Source of the DNA: Bacteroidota bacterium
GTDB taxonomy: Bacteria > Bacteroidota > Ignavibacteria > UBA10030 > UBA6906
Direction: 5' to 3'
NCBI GenBank assembly: GCA_030835135.1
Contig: JAUQWO010000020.1
Location: 379-64,378, forward strand
DNA length: 64,000 nt
Position numbers and translations under genes: made by a program. Of this stretch, positions 41,861 through 52,412 are shown piece after piece (positions within the stretch are counted from its first letter, which is position 1; the number at the start of each line of letters is the position of its first letter). Below the pieces are notes generated by a model that saw only the letters and a program-made list of their open reading frames with translations, was not told the origin of the DNA and searched no databases.

Positions 41861-44398
41861 ATGCACTCTGCAGATGTGCACATGCTCTCCGGAAGGCGCA
41901 GATCAGCCCTGCTGCTGATGTGCGCACTCCTCGCCGCTCCGTTGTCCGCCCAGACCAACTTCAACGCAGCATTCGATGCCTCGCAAGGCAACATCCGGAT
42001 CCCCCATGAGGCTGCCCTCGATGTCGCGCCGCGTGTCACGCTCGAAGTCTGGGTGAAGCCATCTCCGCCCGATCGGACATTCGGTGCCGTCATCGACCTG
42101 GACCATCCCTGGGGATTCGGGTTCGGCCTGACAGCCATCAACGGGCGGACCGACAGTGTCGATGCCACGGTCATACTTGCCGGCTCTGCGATCACCGGTC
42201 CGCGCATCGCATCGAACGACACCGTCTGGACCCACTGTGCCGTTTCCATCGACACGTTGCTGCATCAGCTCATCTTCTATATCAACGGCGTGGCGACGGC
42301 CCCGCTGACCGATGCGCGTGTGCGGTTCCCGAACATCACACAGGATCTGCGCATCGGGAGAAGCACGCTCGGGGAAGCGTACCGGGGCATGTGCGACGAG
42401 GTGCGTGTCTGGAATGTGGTCCGGACCGCGCCGGAGATATCTTCGTTGTGGGACCATGAGGCGAAAGGAAACGAACCCGGACTTGTTGCTGTATATCATT
42501 TCGAAGATGTGCGCGACACCATGGCATGGAACCGTGCCGCCGGGGGAGGACTGCATGGCATTCTCACCGGCAGCGGGCTCATCGTTGCAGAGCCGCGTCC
42601 CGATGCGTTCATCGACGAGCAGGAAAGCAACGGCCGGTATGCCGCCGCTACGCCGGTCGGGTATGGGAGTTACCTGAAGAATGCCGCGATCGCGCCGGCG
42701 GACTCGGACTGCTTCAAGCTCTGGACGCGTGCTGGTGATACCTTCAGGATCCAGAGCGCGGCGCGCAATGCCGGCGAGGCTGCGGACCTGATGATCAGCA
42801 TCTATAGCGTTGATAGCATCACGCACATCACCTCGTACCTGAGCGGATACCCTGGCTTCTGGTCGTCCGCAAGCGTCACGGGATACCGCTTCATCAGGGT
42901 CATCAACCGCGGGACTGCCGACGCCGCATACACGCTGAACATCACGCGGCGGAATGAAGTGTTCGTGGCGGACGAATACGAGCCGAACCAGACGCCCCTG
43001 CAGGCAGTGGCGCGACCGTGGGGTGTCACATCGTACGGCACGATCTTCCCGGGTTGCGATGCAGGCGTTGCCCCGCGCGACTCCGACTATTATGCGTATA
43101 CGGCGAAGGCGGGAGAGATCGGAGTCTTCATCTATTCGCTTCAGGGCGTGAGCACCGGAAGTGGATACGCGAGGCTCAGTGATGGGTCTGCGGATCTCAC
43201 GAGTACCTTTCCGGGCGGGAGTCTGAACCACAGGTTCCTTACGGACGGTACATGCTTCCTGAAGATCGTGCCCAATGAAGCAGCGTACAGGTATTACTTC
43301 GGAGGGTTCAAGGTGCTTGCCGACATCCACGATATGCTCTATGATATGGTCACCACGGGTGCCGGAGCAACGCTGTGGTCCGGGACCGGTACTGCGTACT
43401 ACAGCGCATATGCGCTCAGGATCAACGGCTCGCTGTTCGAAGGTACACCCGATTATGCTTCAACGGAGGCGGACGGGAGGCAAATGGTGTTCGGGCCGGT
43501 GACGTTAAGCGGTCTCACCGTCACGCGGAAATTCTTCGTACCGACGGCGACCCAGGGTGACACGCTCGGGTACTTGCGGGTTCAGGATGTATACACGAAT
43601 GCCACCGCGGCGCCGATCACGGTGACAGCGCGTGTGAGTGGGCGGCTGGGAGGGAGCCCATTGAAGATCATCGGCTCTTCGAGCGGTGACACATTGTTCA
43701 CGGTTGCGGACACCTGGCTCTGGACCGATGACGCCTATCCTGCTTCGGGCAGGCCGAACCTGGTTCACATCATGGATGGTATTGGTGGGAGTGACCGTGT
43801 GGATTCGGTGTCGTTCGCCGGCGGCGATCTCTCCTGGGAGTGGAGAGACATCACCGTGCAGCCCGGAGAGACGAAGGTCTATTTGTACTATCATACGCAG
43901 GATGCAACCCCCGAGGTTGCCGCGACAAAGGGTCCTGCGTTCTCCGTCGCCTCATCGTTGCCGGCGGCGGCGAAGCTCGGGCTGGGCGGAGATGGGGGGC
44001 ATGTCATGAACTGGCCGACCGATCTGCTCGTCGGTGTGGAAGATGAGCGGCCCGTGCCGCGGGTGTATGCCTTGGAGCAGAACTATCCGAATCCGTTCAA
44101 CCCTGTGACCGTGCTGCGGTATCAGCTTGCGGAGGCCGGGCATGTGCGGCTTGTGGCGTACGATCTGCTCGGGCGGGAGGTGGCCGTGCTTGTGGATGAA
44201 GCAAGGATGGCGGGGGACCATGTGGCGCGGTTCGATGGCTCGGGGTGTGCGAGCGGGGTGTACTTTTGTCGCATACAGGTCCGCGGTTTGGATCCCGCAG
44301 GAGGCACGATGCGTCCTTCGGACGCCGCCCACGGGCGCGACGTCAAAGATGGAGCGGTGAATTTTGTGGCGACGAAGGCGATGATGCTGGTGAGATAG
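41861..44398 (+). CDS. Secreted LamG/concanavalin-like domain protein with a T9SS C-terminal sorting domain
   Basis: A signal peptide (LLLMCALLAAPLSAQ) is present. The LamG-type motif is LRIGRSTLGEAYRGMCDEVRVWN. The Por_Secre_tail is NYPNPFNPVTVLRYQLAEAGHVRLVAYDLLGREVAVLVDE. Confidence 0.75.
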   Translation: MHSADVHMLSGRRRSALLLMCALLAAPLSAQTNFNAAFDASQGNIRIPHEAALDVAPRVTLEVWVKPSPPDRTFGAVIDLDHPWGFGFGLTAINGRTDSVDATVILAGSAITGPRIASNDTVWTHCAVSIDTLLHQLIFYINGVATAPLTDARVRFPNITQDLRIGRSTLGEAYRGMCDEVRVWNVVRTAPEISSLWDHEAKGNEPGLVAVYHFEDVRDTMAWNRAAGGGLHGILTGSGLIVAEPRPDAFIDEQESNGRYAAATPVGYGSYLKNAAIAPADSDCFKLWTRAGDTFRIQSAARNAGEAADLMISIYSVDSITHITSYLSGYPGFWSSASVTGYRFIRVINRGTADAAYTLNITRRNEVFVADEYEPNQTPLQAVARPWGVTSYGTIFPGCDAGVAPRDSDYYAYTAKAGEIGVFIYSLQGVSTGSGYARLSDGSADLTSTFPGGSLNHRFLTDGTCFLKIVPNEAAYRYYFGGFKVLADIHDMLYDMVTTGAGATLWSGTGTAYYSAYALRINGSLFEGTPDYASTEADGRQMVFGPVTLSGLTVTRKFFVPTATQGDTLGYLRVQDVYTNATAAPITVTARVSGRLGGSPLKIIGSSSGDTLFTVADTWLWTDDAYPASGRPNLVHIMDGIGGSDRVDSVSFAGGDLSWEWRDITVQPGETKVYLYYHTQDATPEVAATKGPAFSVASSLPAAAKLGLGGDGGHVMNWPTDLLVGVEDERPVPRVYALEQNYPNPFNPVTVLRYQLAEAGHVRLVAYDLLGREVAVLVDEARMAGDHVARFDGSGCASGVYFCRIQVRGLDPAGGTMRPSDAAHGRDVKDGAVNFVATKAMMLVR

Positions 44399-44460
44399 GT
44401 GTGCCGGGGCCCGGTGTCCATGTACGTCATGCATGGTGACCATGCACGACGTGCGGTCCC

Positions 44461-45624
44461 TTACGGCAACTCGGTACCGCGGTTCATGATCCCGATGTAC
44501 TCGCTGTAGCTGAACACCCGGTTGCGCTTGCCGGCGGTGAGTTCCTGCACGATGCCGAGTTGTTGAAGATGAGCGAGCGACTTGTTCACTGTTGCGTGTG
44601 TAAGGCCGGTGCTCCTCACCAGTGAGCTGGCTGTGGCGATCGGGTGTTGCATGAGTGCGTCGTGGATTCGGATCATCGATGCTGCCGGCCGGCCAAGTGG
44701 CGTGATCCTCTCGTGGTCCTTCTTCCGCAGATCCACGAGCTGTTGAGCTGTCTGTACTGCCTGTGTGGCGGTAACGATGACCGCTTCAGCGAAGAAATCG
44801 AGCCATGCTTCCCATTCGCCGGTGAGCCGGATACTATTGAGGAGTTCATAGTACTGACGCCGGTGTGTGTTGAAGTAGAGGCTGAGGTAGAGGAGCGGTT
44901 TGCGCAGCACCTTCTGATCGCACAGCAGCAGCGTAATGAGCAATCGTCCCAGGCGACCATTGCCGTCAAGGAAGGGGTGTATCGTCTCAAACTGCACGTG
45001 GACGAGGGCCGCCTTCAGAAGGACCGGGGATGGTTCCGGTTTGTTGTGCAGGAACAGTTCCAGTGCGTCCATGCATCCGAGGATGTGCTCCGGTGGGGGT
45101 GGAACGAACACTGCATTGCCGGGGCGTGTGCCGCCGATCCAATTCTGGCTCCTGCGGAATTCGCCGGGGGACTGATCTCTTCCACGCCCTTCAGACAGGA
45201 GGACGTTGTGGAGCTCCCGGATAAGGCGGAGTGACAACGGAAAGCCATCGGCCAGAAGCTCCAGTCCGCGGTTGAGAGCTGCGACATATCTGCTCACCTC
45301 CCGAACATCATCCAACGGAACCCCGGGTAGCTGATCCAGTTCGAAGAGCAACAGATCCGACAGCGATGATTGGGTCCCCTCGATCATCGAAGAGAGGACA
45401 GCCTCTTTCCGGACATAGGTGTAGAGGAAGACCGACGAGTCCGGGAGCAGGGTGGAGACACTGTCGAGGCGTCCGAGAGCCAGCATCGCCTCTTCGAATT
45501 TGCGACTCAGTCCCGGTGTCCAGTCGATCGGCGGATGGGGGGGCAATGGTGCGGGGATATAGGCATGGACCGTTTCGCCCGCCGTCGAAGTGGATACATA
45601 TCTGCCCTGGAGACCCCGATTCAT
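44461..45624 (-). CDS. Fic-family protein (class II, autoinhibited) with a C-terminal wHTH
   Basis: The Fic motif is HPFLDGNGRLGRLL. An N-terminal inhibitory SxxxEG motif (SSMIEGT) is present. Confidence 0.85.
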   Translation of the reverse strand: MNRGLQGRYVSTSTAGETVHAYIPAPLPPHPPIDWTPGLSRKFEEAMLALGRLDSVSTLLPDSSVFLYTYVRKEAVLSSMIEGTQSSLSDLLLFELDQLPGVPLDDVREVSRYVAALNRGLELLADGFPLSLRLIRELHNVLLSEGRGRDQSPGEFRRSQNWIGGTRPGNAVFVPPPPEHILGCMDALELFLHNKPEPSPVLLKAALVHVQFETIHPFLDGNGRLGRLLITLLLCDQKVLRKPLLYLSLYFNTHRRQYYELLNSIRLTGEWEAWLDFFAEAVIVTATQAVQTAQQLVDLRKKDHERITPLGRPAASMIRIHDALMQHPIATASSLVRSTGLTHATVNKSLAHLQQLGIVQELTAGKRNRVFSYSEYIGIMNRGTELP

Positions 45625-45894
45625 ACCTTCCTGATCCTAAAATAGCCCCGATTCTTATTTTATTATATTGCGTTATTCTAAAATAATCTAATCGGTGAGG
45701 ATAGTCAAGTGAATTTTGGCCAAATTTGGATGGAATGAGGCCATTCAATGCCGGCCTTCTGTACGCACTTGTCCCGGAAGGACTCGGCATCACGCCGGAC
45801 AGCTTCGCGGGATTCATTTCTCTCACATCCTCCCGTGCGAACAGCACATCATGCGCCGCATTCGGTCAGATGCCCACGGCCTACCTCAACCATA

Positions 45895-46962
45895 CTACTT
45901 CGGTCGGACGGACAGAGAACCGTCAGGGTGGCGGACGATGTTGTCCAGCGTCAGGGTGCAGGGGGCATGATAGATGGCGCGGACCCAGTCCGGCGTATTC
46001 TGTGTGTGCAAGAGCTGCGCCCACTCCATGAACCACACCCATTGTGGTTGTGAAGCCACGATATCCGCCGAAGGCATGGTTCCCACCTCGCCAAGTGCAA
46101 TGAGTTTACCCTGGCCCAGCGTCACCAGATCATCGTGATGGCTCTGTTGCCAATCCTGACGGTAGACATCGGCCGCCAGTATATCCACCGTCCCGATCCC
46201 GGGAAAGTATTCCGCGTAGTCGTAGGCTTCATCATCCGGGGTGTCCCTCGGTGCATTGGCGTTCCAGACCCAGAGCAGATTGTTCAGGTGATGGTGGTTG
46301 GTGAAGTGGTCGTACATCATATTCCACAGCCGCGCGAAACCCTGCCGGCCCGGTTGCTGGCACCACCAGAACCAGACGCCGTTCATCTCATGATACGGCC
46401 GCCACAACACCGGGATGTGCGCGTCACGCAGCTGTTTCAGATACGCAGCCACCTTATCCGCCTGCGCGCGCCACTGCGTGTTCAGCGCGGTTCCCGCGGT
46501 CACCAGCGAATCCCAGTCCGCCGGACTGACGGTGTTCTTCCAGACCCAGATGTCCTCTCTCTTGCAGGAGTCGCCGCGGGAGGGAAAGCAGCTATGCCAC
46601 ATCAGGGTGACGATCTGTCCTTTCTGGTGTGCGGCTCTGGCCCGTTCGATCATTGCCTGGCGCACGCTATCGGGACTCAGGCCGTTGAAGTTCCAGCTGA
46701 AGTCGCTTCCCCAGAGTGCCGGGTACGTACCGGTGAGCTTCTTCACATCTTCATTGAACTCGTAGATGCTGGAAGCGCCGTTGTGCTGTCCGGCCAGAAT
46801 GTACTTTCCCTTGATCTGATACAGAAAGTCGAGGAGAGCACGCGCTTCGGGTGATGCGTTCGGGTTGACGGGTTGCGGTTGATCTTCAGGGCTGCCGCAC
46901 ACAGCGAGTGGTGCCAGCAGCGTGAACAGGATGGTGAGAAGGATCGTTGTGACACGTTTCAT
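45895..46962 (-). CDS. Glycoside hydrolase family 26 (beta-mannanase-like), secreted
   Basis: The ATG at 46962 gives the signal peptide MKRVTTILLTILFTLLAPLAVCG. The GH26-type motif is WRPYHEMNGVWFWW. Confidence 0.7.
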   Translation of the reverse strand: MKRVTTILLTILFTLLAPLAVCGSPEDQPQPVNPNASPEARALLDFLYQIKGKYILAGQHNGASSIYEFNEDVKKLTGTYPALWGSDFSWNFNGLSPDSVRQAMIERARAAHQKGQIVTLMWHSCFPSRGDSCKREDIWVWKNTVSPADWDSLVTAGTALNTQWRAQADKVAAYLKQLRDAHIPVLWRPYHEMNGVWFWWCQQPGRQGFARLWNMMYDHFTNHHHLNNLLWVWNANAPRDTPDDEAYDYAEYFPGIGTVDILAADVYRQDWQQSHHDDLVTLGQGKLIALGEVGTMPSADIVASQPQWVWFMEWAQLLHTQNTPDWVRAIYHAPCTLTLDNIVRHPDGSLSVRPK

Positions 46963-47159
46963 GGGTTCTCGTTCCTGGGGAGTGATCCGAAGATGTGAAC
47001 ACGGGCGATCACTGGTGAATATCGCGAAATTCCCCGACTCATTCAGCATGAAACGATCCGTCTCCTGCGATGTGTCTACGTCCGGTGCGCGCCGATCGCC
47101 GGATCGCGCCTTGATCCGCTGAGTGGGAAACCTGAACCGGGTCCGTTCCCCGCAGGGCG

Positions 47160-49055
47160 TCACCGGAAGCGCTCGATCTCCAGCAGCTTCTGCTTTCCGT
47201 TCTCATTGTGCGGGTTCAGTTCGATCGATCGCCTGAAATTGCGTGCTGCCTCCTCATACTGGTGGCCAGCGAGGAGCGCTTCACCATAGCTGTCATAGAC
47301 ATTGAACGATCCGGGGTACGCATCGATGTTCAACCTGAACAACAGCAGGGCATCCCGGACATCCCCGCGGTTCAGGCATGCGTATCCCTGGCGATTCAAC
47401 TGACTCTCCGTGAACAATACTACCATACTATCCTGCGCTCGTCGTGACTGGTAGAAGGCAGCGGCGCCGGAAGCGCCTTCGCTTCGCAGCGCATTCTCGA
47501 ACTCCGGATCCATCGAGTGAGCGACCTTCCAGTACTTTCTCAGATCCACCTTTGGGGCAGAACAGAGGAAGATCGAATTGTTGTTCTCGTTCGGCCGGCA
47601 ATACCGGTGGGTAAAGACCGCCTTCTTCTCTACGCGGGTGAACAAGGCGTTCAGCTCAGCGCGGGATCTCCCGATGACGACATAGCTGTTCCGGAAGTCA
47701 TCTCGCTGGAGCGAGGTAAAATAGTACCATCCGTCGGTCGAGATGGGCTCGGGCAACCCGTACTGCCTTCCGTGAACATGCAGCGCGGCGGCTTCACCCC
47801 AATCCCCTGCAGCGATCCCGATGCTCTCCGTCGATGTGGACTGCGCATCGTGATACACCCCGGCGACCAGCCGTGCCATCTCCTCCCAACCGAACCGGTC
47901 AGCAACATGTTGTGGCAGATCACGGACCTGGGAATCTTCGGTCTTGATGCCTGCTGTGACGCCCAGCGGTTGAAGATACGCGATGAGCGTGTCGACCGGA
48001 AGGAGGGGGACGAAGTACGGGAGGGCAGGCAGGCTCAGCAGCAGATACAGAACCGGCATGGCATACCGGGGGACCGTCGAGTTCCTTCCGCGTTCCCTCC
48101 TTCCGTCGATCCACCGCTCGATGCCGACCGCACCGGCCGCAATGAGGAGACTGTACATCGGGATCATGAAATAGAACTGGCCGCCCAGAATGAAGATGGC
48201 AACACACAGGACAAGATAGCAGTAGCCGAAGAAGCGGTACGGCGACTTTCTGACGAGCAGGAGGATCAGCCCCGTGATCCATACCGGTGCCGTGGCAAGA
48301 TTGTTGGGGAGGAGCTGATGCCACAGAAATTCGAGGACCGGGGAATCATGGGTGGTTCGTGCGGCGTACGTGGTCGCGTAGGAGAGAAAATACCAGCCGT
48401 GGGTCCATTGCCAGTGGACATACGGGATGGCACCGAGGAACGCAATGAGTGCGGCCAGCCAGATCCATGGTTGTTTGAACCACCGCCGTTCGGGCACGAG
48501 CCAGAGCGAAAGAAAAATGACCAGGCCCAGAAAGAGGATCGTGAGTTTGGTCAGCATGCCGAGTCCGAGCAGCACACCTGCGATCAACCAGAGGCGCTGG
48601 CTGGCACCATTCAGCATTTTGATGATGAGGTAAAGGACCGCGGACCAGAGGACGAAAGTCACAGCATCATAGGTATACAGGGAACCGAAAATGGCGAGGC
48701 CGGAGAAGATGAGGACGATGCCTGTCATGGCGATCGCGTAGCGTTTCCCGCCGAGCTCTTTTGCGATCAGGCAGCTGAACACGATCACCAGAGAGCCACA
48801 GAATGATGCCGCCAGGTGAACGGTCTTCAGCGAATGTCCGAAGAGCACAAGAAAGAGTTTGAGGTAGAGGGGTGAGACAGGAGGCATGTCGAGGTTCGAG
48901 AACGAGAAGCCATCGGCGATCGCGACATAGTACATCTCGTCGCGATGATAGCCATACTCAGGAAGCAGGAGATGGAAGGCAATATTGGCGGCAGCCAGGG
49001 CGAGAATGATGAGCGTTTCGGCAGAGAGGCGAAGCCCCGGGGGAATTCGTTGCAT
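47160..49055 (-). CDS. ArnT/PMT-like (GT39/GT83-type) membrane glycosyltransferase with C-terminal TPR repeats
   Basis: The ATG at 49055 gives MQRIPPG. There are about 11 transmembrane helices and a C-terminal TPR domain (YDSYGEALLAGHQYEEAARNFRRSIELNP). Confidence 0.6.
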   Translation of the reverse strand: MQRIPPGLRLSAETLIILALAAANIAFHLLLPEYGYHRDEMYYVAIADGFSFSNLDMPPVSPLYLKLFLVLFGHSLKTVHLAASFCGSLVIVFSCLIAKELGGKRYAIAMTGIVLIFSGLAIFGSLYTYDAVTFVLWSAVLYLIIKMLNGASQRLWLIAGVLLGLGMLTKLTILFLGLVIFLSLWLVPERRWFKQPWIWLAALIAFLGAIPYVHWQWTHGWYFLSYATTYAARTTHDSPVLEFLWHQLLPNNLATAPVWITGLILLLVRKSPYRFFGYCYLVLCVAIFILGGQFYFMIPMYSLLIAAGAVGIERWIDGRRERGRNSTVPRYAMPVLYLLLSLPALPYFVPLLPVDTLIAYLQPLGVTAGIKTEDSQVRDLPQHVADRFGWEEMARLVAGVYHDAQSTSTESIGIAAGDWGEAAALHVHGRQYGLPEPISTDGWYYFTSLQRDDFRNSYVVIGRSRAELNALFTRVEKKAVFTHRYCRPNENNNSIFLCSAPKVDLRKYWKVAHSMDPEFENALRSEGASGAAAFYQSRRAQDSMVVLFTESQLNRQGYACLNRGDVRDALLLFRLNIDAYPGSFNVYDSYGEALLAGHQYEEAARNFRRSIELNPHNENGKQKLLEIERFR

Positions 49056-49287
49056 GGTGCAAGCCGGTTGGAGGATGAGACAGACTACACGAATATACGG
49101 CAATTCGTGAAAAAATGATTCACATGCGAGACCCGGGTGATCTCCGATTTGGTTCACTTTCTGATTTGGATCATTCTCTGATCCGGCACTCCTGACCGTG
49201 GTCCGTACCTTCACATGGGTGGCGGGGCAGTTGACCGTCGCCGTGCCGTCAAGGCACCACAGGATCGAGCCACGACCAGGAGCAGCA

Positions 49288-50025
49288 ATGGGCAAGCGGA
49301 AGAGCACTCTCTACAAGAACACGAAGGCGAACCACCGTACAGAGGACCTCAAGCCGGGGGAGGTCGTTGGCGTGGCAGACATGCTTGGCATCGATGATCG
49401 CGAGGCGGATGCCCTGCCGCCGGTGGGGTGGCTTCGTGGCGACGCGAGCCCTTTTCACATGGATGTCTTCGATTGCCGCAGGGTGGCGTTGACGTCCGTC
49501 TCCACGACCGGCGATCCTGCGATCGCGGAGAGCTTCTCGCGTTTGCGCCGGTCCGACGGCACCGAGTACATCGGCACCACGCCCGAAGATCCCGCGTACT
49601 TCGATCTCGCCCTGGAGATTCCCCTTCAAGGTGAAGAGTTACGGGATGGACCGCTGTTCAAGGCTTCGCAGATGGAGGACAAGTGGGACATCTACCGGTA
49701 CGGGGACATCTATTACTTTGTGCGCAGTTGGACCGGTGCGCTCATCCATCTTGCGCATGGTCATGTGCGCGAGGGTGTGCTGTACATCGACGGCATCATC
49801 ACGGCATCGCAGATGGTGGATGAGCGGGACAGAACGTTCTTCGCTCGTGAGGTCTTCTTTTTGATCCTAAATCATGCGCTGGGGTTTGAGTATCCTCATC
49901 CGGTGCCATCCTATCGCGCCGCCGATGACGACGCCATCGTGCAGTTCTCGTTCGCGGAGTTCGGGAGGAGGGGGTGGTATGCGGCGGTGGCGGGGGCGCT
50001 CAGCCCGGGCTCTACCGAGGGCTGA
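49288..50025 (+). CDS. Hypothetical protein (245 aa)
   Basis: It has an internal ATG and high GC. There are no recognisable motifs. Confidence 0.4.
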   Translation: MGKRKSTLYKNTKANHRTEDLKPGEVVGVADMLGIDDREADALPPVGWLRGDASPFHMDVFDCRRVALTSVSTTGDPAIAESFSRLRRSDGTEYIGTTPEDPAYFDLALEIPLQGEELRDGPLFKASQMEDKWDIYRYGDIYYFVRSWTGALIHLAHGHVREGVLYIDGIITASQMVDERDRTFFAREVFFLILNHALGFEYPHPVPSYRAADDDAIVQFSFAEFGRRGWYAAVAGALSPGSTEG

Positions 50026-50342
50026 GCGCCCATCGTTGGTGCAATCGAGAACGTGCCAATGCGATAGCGCGGATTGATTTTCTCATAGATTCGCACAATA
50101 TTACGGGTAGCACCTCTCCATTCCGCAGTTCCGGTTACGACCAGGGGGAACGCCAAGACGACAGGTTCACAAGTGGGGCAACACGACATGGTCAACGGTG
50201 ACCCTCGAGCCCGCTTACGCCTGACCTGAACCCGCCTCAAGATGACAGTCCCACACGATTCCCCGATGAGGTGCTTCATCATCCATAAGCACAACCGCTT
50301 CCGGGATATTTCAAGGCTCTGACCAATGGAAACTGAATCCTG

Positions 50343-51491
50343 GTGAAACTCTTTCATATTTCGAACACCAACCAGATCGAAGTTATTGATCAAGCTTCGT
50401 ATCGAGATGAATCCGCGGGAGGCTTTGGAGAAGTCACATTGCAGGAACTCATCGCTGACCACCCCGAATTGATACCTGGCGACGACATCAACCCATCGGA
50501 TCCTCCCCGATTCCTTGTGATACGCAGCGAGGCTGGGGTCACGGCGGGGTCAATGGACATTCTGCTCATCGATCACAAGGGTATTCCGACCGTCGTTGAG
50601 ACGAAACTGATCGATAATCGTGAGATCAGACGGAGCGTGCTCGCCCAGGGGGTTGAATACCTGGCACACTTGAAGACTGAATGGAACGCTCAGCGAATGA
50701 TCGATGAAGGGAGAGCATATTGGAGTCATCGCAAAGGAAATCTAGACACCCAGGCAGTTGAGCGGCTTGGAATTGCGCTTGATGGCGACTTCCTTGAGCG
50801 AATAGACAGCAACATAGGGTCGAACAGGATGCGGTTGATCATCGCCTCCGATGAGATCCCGCCTGAGCTCAAGCAGATCATCGAGTTTCTCAACGACGCT
50901 TCTGACTTTGATATTTATGGTATCGAGGTCCAGCTCTTCAGCGGGAAAGATAGCAACCGAAAGATTCTTGCACCTCGACTTGTGGGTTTGACCGAGGCAG
51001 CCCGGGAGCGTAAGAGTTCAAGCACAGGGTCACGATGGACGTATGAACGATTCATTGAAGAGCTTCAGAGAGAATCCTCATCTGAAGCAGTTGCGTTTGC
51101 CGATGAGCTTCTTCGCTTTGGTGAAGAAATCAGTGGGCGTCCGGTAGAATGGGGGAACGGCAAAGACCGGGGATCCTTCACCGCTCGTCTTCTTGCCGGC
51201 GGAGATCGCTTTAGCCTCTTCTCGGTGTACACCACCGGGGGACTCAGCATCAATTTCGGATGGTCCTATCAAAAGTATCCAGATCTGGGGATCGATGTTT
51301 CGGAGAAATACCGTGCGAGGATCAGGAAAGATCTCGGCATCGATTTCGAGCAGTCGAGTTGGGAGCGTGGGTGGCCGATGACGGACCTTCTGCTCTTGGC
51401 GCCACACAAGGACACGCTTTGTCAGATAGTCAGGGACTTTGTGGACGAGTTGAGTTCAACGCCTTCGGATCGTGCTCAAAGGGGTAGATAG
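50343..51491 (+). CDS. NucS/DUF91-like PD-(D/E)xK nuclease-domain protein with an unknown ~250-aa C-terminal domain
   Basis: The N-terminal segment GSMDILLIDHKGIPTVVETKLIDN...QGVEYLAHL matches the NucS / RecB-like pattern G-iDlL..D..G.lvVvElK....QxxxY. This is the first gene of the low-GC island. Confidence 0.5.
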   Translation: MKLFHISNTNQIEVIDQASYRDESAGGFGEVTLQELIADHPELIPGDDINPSDPPRFLVIRSEAGVTAGSMDILLIDHKGIPTVVETKLIDNREIRRSVLAQGVEYLAHLKTEWNAQRMIDEGRAYWSHRKGNLDTQAVERLGIALDGDFLERIDSNIGSNRMRLIIASDEIPPELKQIIEFLNDASDFDIYGIEVQLFSGKDSNRKILAPRLVGLTEAARERKSSSTGSRWTYERFIEELQRESSSEAVAFADELLRFGEEISGRPVEWGNGKDRGSFTARLLAGGDRFSLFSVYTTGGLSINFGWSYQKYPDLGIDVSEKYRARIRKDLGIDFEQSSWERGWPMTDLLLLAPHKDTLCQIVRDFVDELSSTPSDRAQRGR

Positions 51492-51566
51492 TCTACGCCA
51501 GGCGGGGACTATTCTCACAGGAATCTCAATCTGCCGATAGGCTTCTCGACACTTCGGAATGGTGAA

Positions 51567-52412
51567 ATGCCAAGTTCAACGATCAAGATCTTCCTGGTCC
51601 ACGGGGACCCAAAACGGTTGAAGACCGTAGAGCTTTCGAATTGGACGGGCAAAGGCGTTGCCGGTTCCCGTGCGGAACTGACAGAGGTACTCGCCCGTGA
51701 AGAATCGCAGAAGCCCGGAGTGTACGTTCTCACTGGAGTTGATCCCCAAACGGAGAAAGCCGCCATCTACATTGGTGAGGCAGAGAATATTGGAGAACGG
51801 CTTAAGCCCCATCTTGCCAAGGACTATTGGAATCATGTTGCATTTTTTGTGAGCAAAGATGAGAATCTGACAAAGTCGCACATTCGATTTCTTGAAGGGC
51901 GGCTTATCGAAGAAGCGAAGCTTGCCGGTCGCTATTTGTTGAAGAATAATCAGGCGAGCGGAGCGAAACTCCCGGAATGTGACCGGGAGGATATGGAGAC
52001 TTTTCTTGAGAAGATACGCCAGTTGCTTCCCGTACTCGGCATCGAAGCCTTGGTTCCCAGGCCGAATGCGTCAGAAGAGGGAGTCAACAAGGGAAAATTC
52101 TTTTGTGAGATCAAGCACATAAGGGCGACTGGCTATCTGACGCCCAACGGCATCGTCGTGACTGCAAAATCGCAAGCCGTCCTGGCCGATCGGAATTCTA
52201 CCAAGAAGTATCCATGGGCGAAGATTCGACGCGCCAAGCTCATAGAAGAAGGCATTTTGAAAAGTAGAAAGGATCACCTCGTCTTCACACAGGACCATGA
52301 GTTTACGAGTCCAAGCGCTGCTGCATCAGTTATTCATGGTGGACAGGCGAATGGATTGACGGCATGGAAGAATGCGCAGGGGAAAACGTTGAAAAGTCTT
52401 GAATCCAAATAG
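51567..52412 (+). CDS. GIY-YIG nuclease with a C-terminal DUF4357-like domain
   Basis: The GIY-YIG core is PGVYVLTGVDPQTEKAAIYIGEAENIGERLKPH. A C-terminal domain of about 150 aa follows. Confidence 0.6.
   Translation: MPSSTIKIFLVHGDPKRLKTVELSNWTGKGVAGSRAELTEVLAREESQKPGVYVLTGVDPQTEKAAIYIGEAENIGERLKPHLAKDYWNHVAFFVSKDENLTKSHIRFLEGRLIEEAKLAGRYLLKNNQASGAKLPECDREDMETFLEKIRQLLPVLGIEALVPRPNASEEGVNKGKFFCEIKHIRATGYLTPNGIVVTAKSQAVLADRNSTKKYPWAKIRRAKLIEEGILKSRKDHLVFTQDHEFTSPSAAASVIHGGQANGLTAWKNAQGKTLKSLESK

Noticed and set aside
41624-41881. N-terminal 86-aa extension of the DUF4256 ORF
   Set aside because: The conserved family begins at MAKRALP. The extension has a Cys/His-rich atypical composition.
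50026-50342. Possible tRNA or integrase attachment site at the left island boundary
   Set aside because: No tRNA-like T-arm (GGTTCGAATCC-type) or cloverleaf was recognisable by eye. There is no integrase gene nearby. A formal tRNAscan search could still find one.
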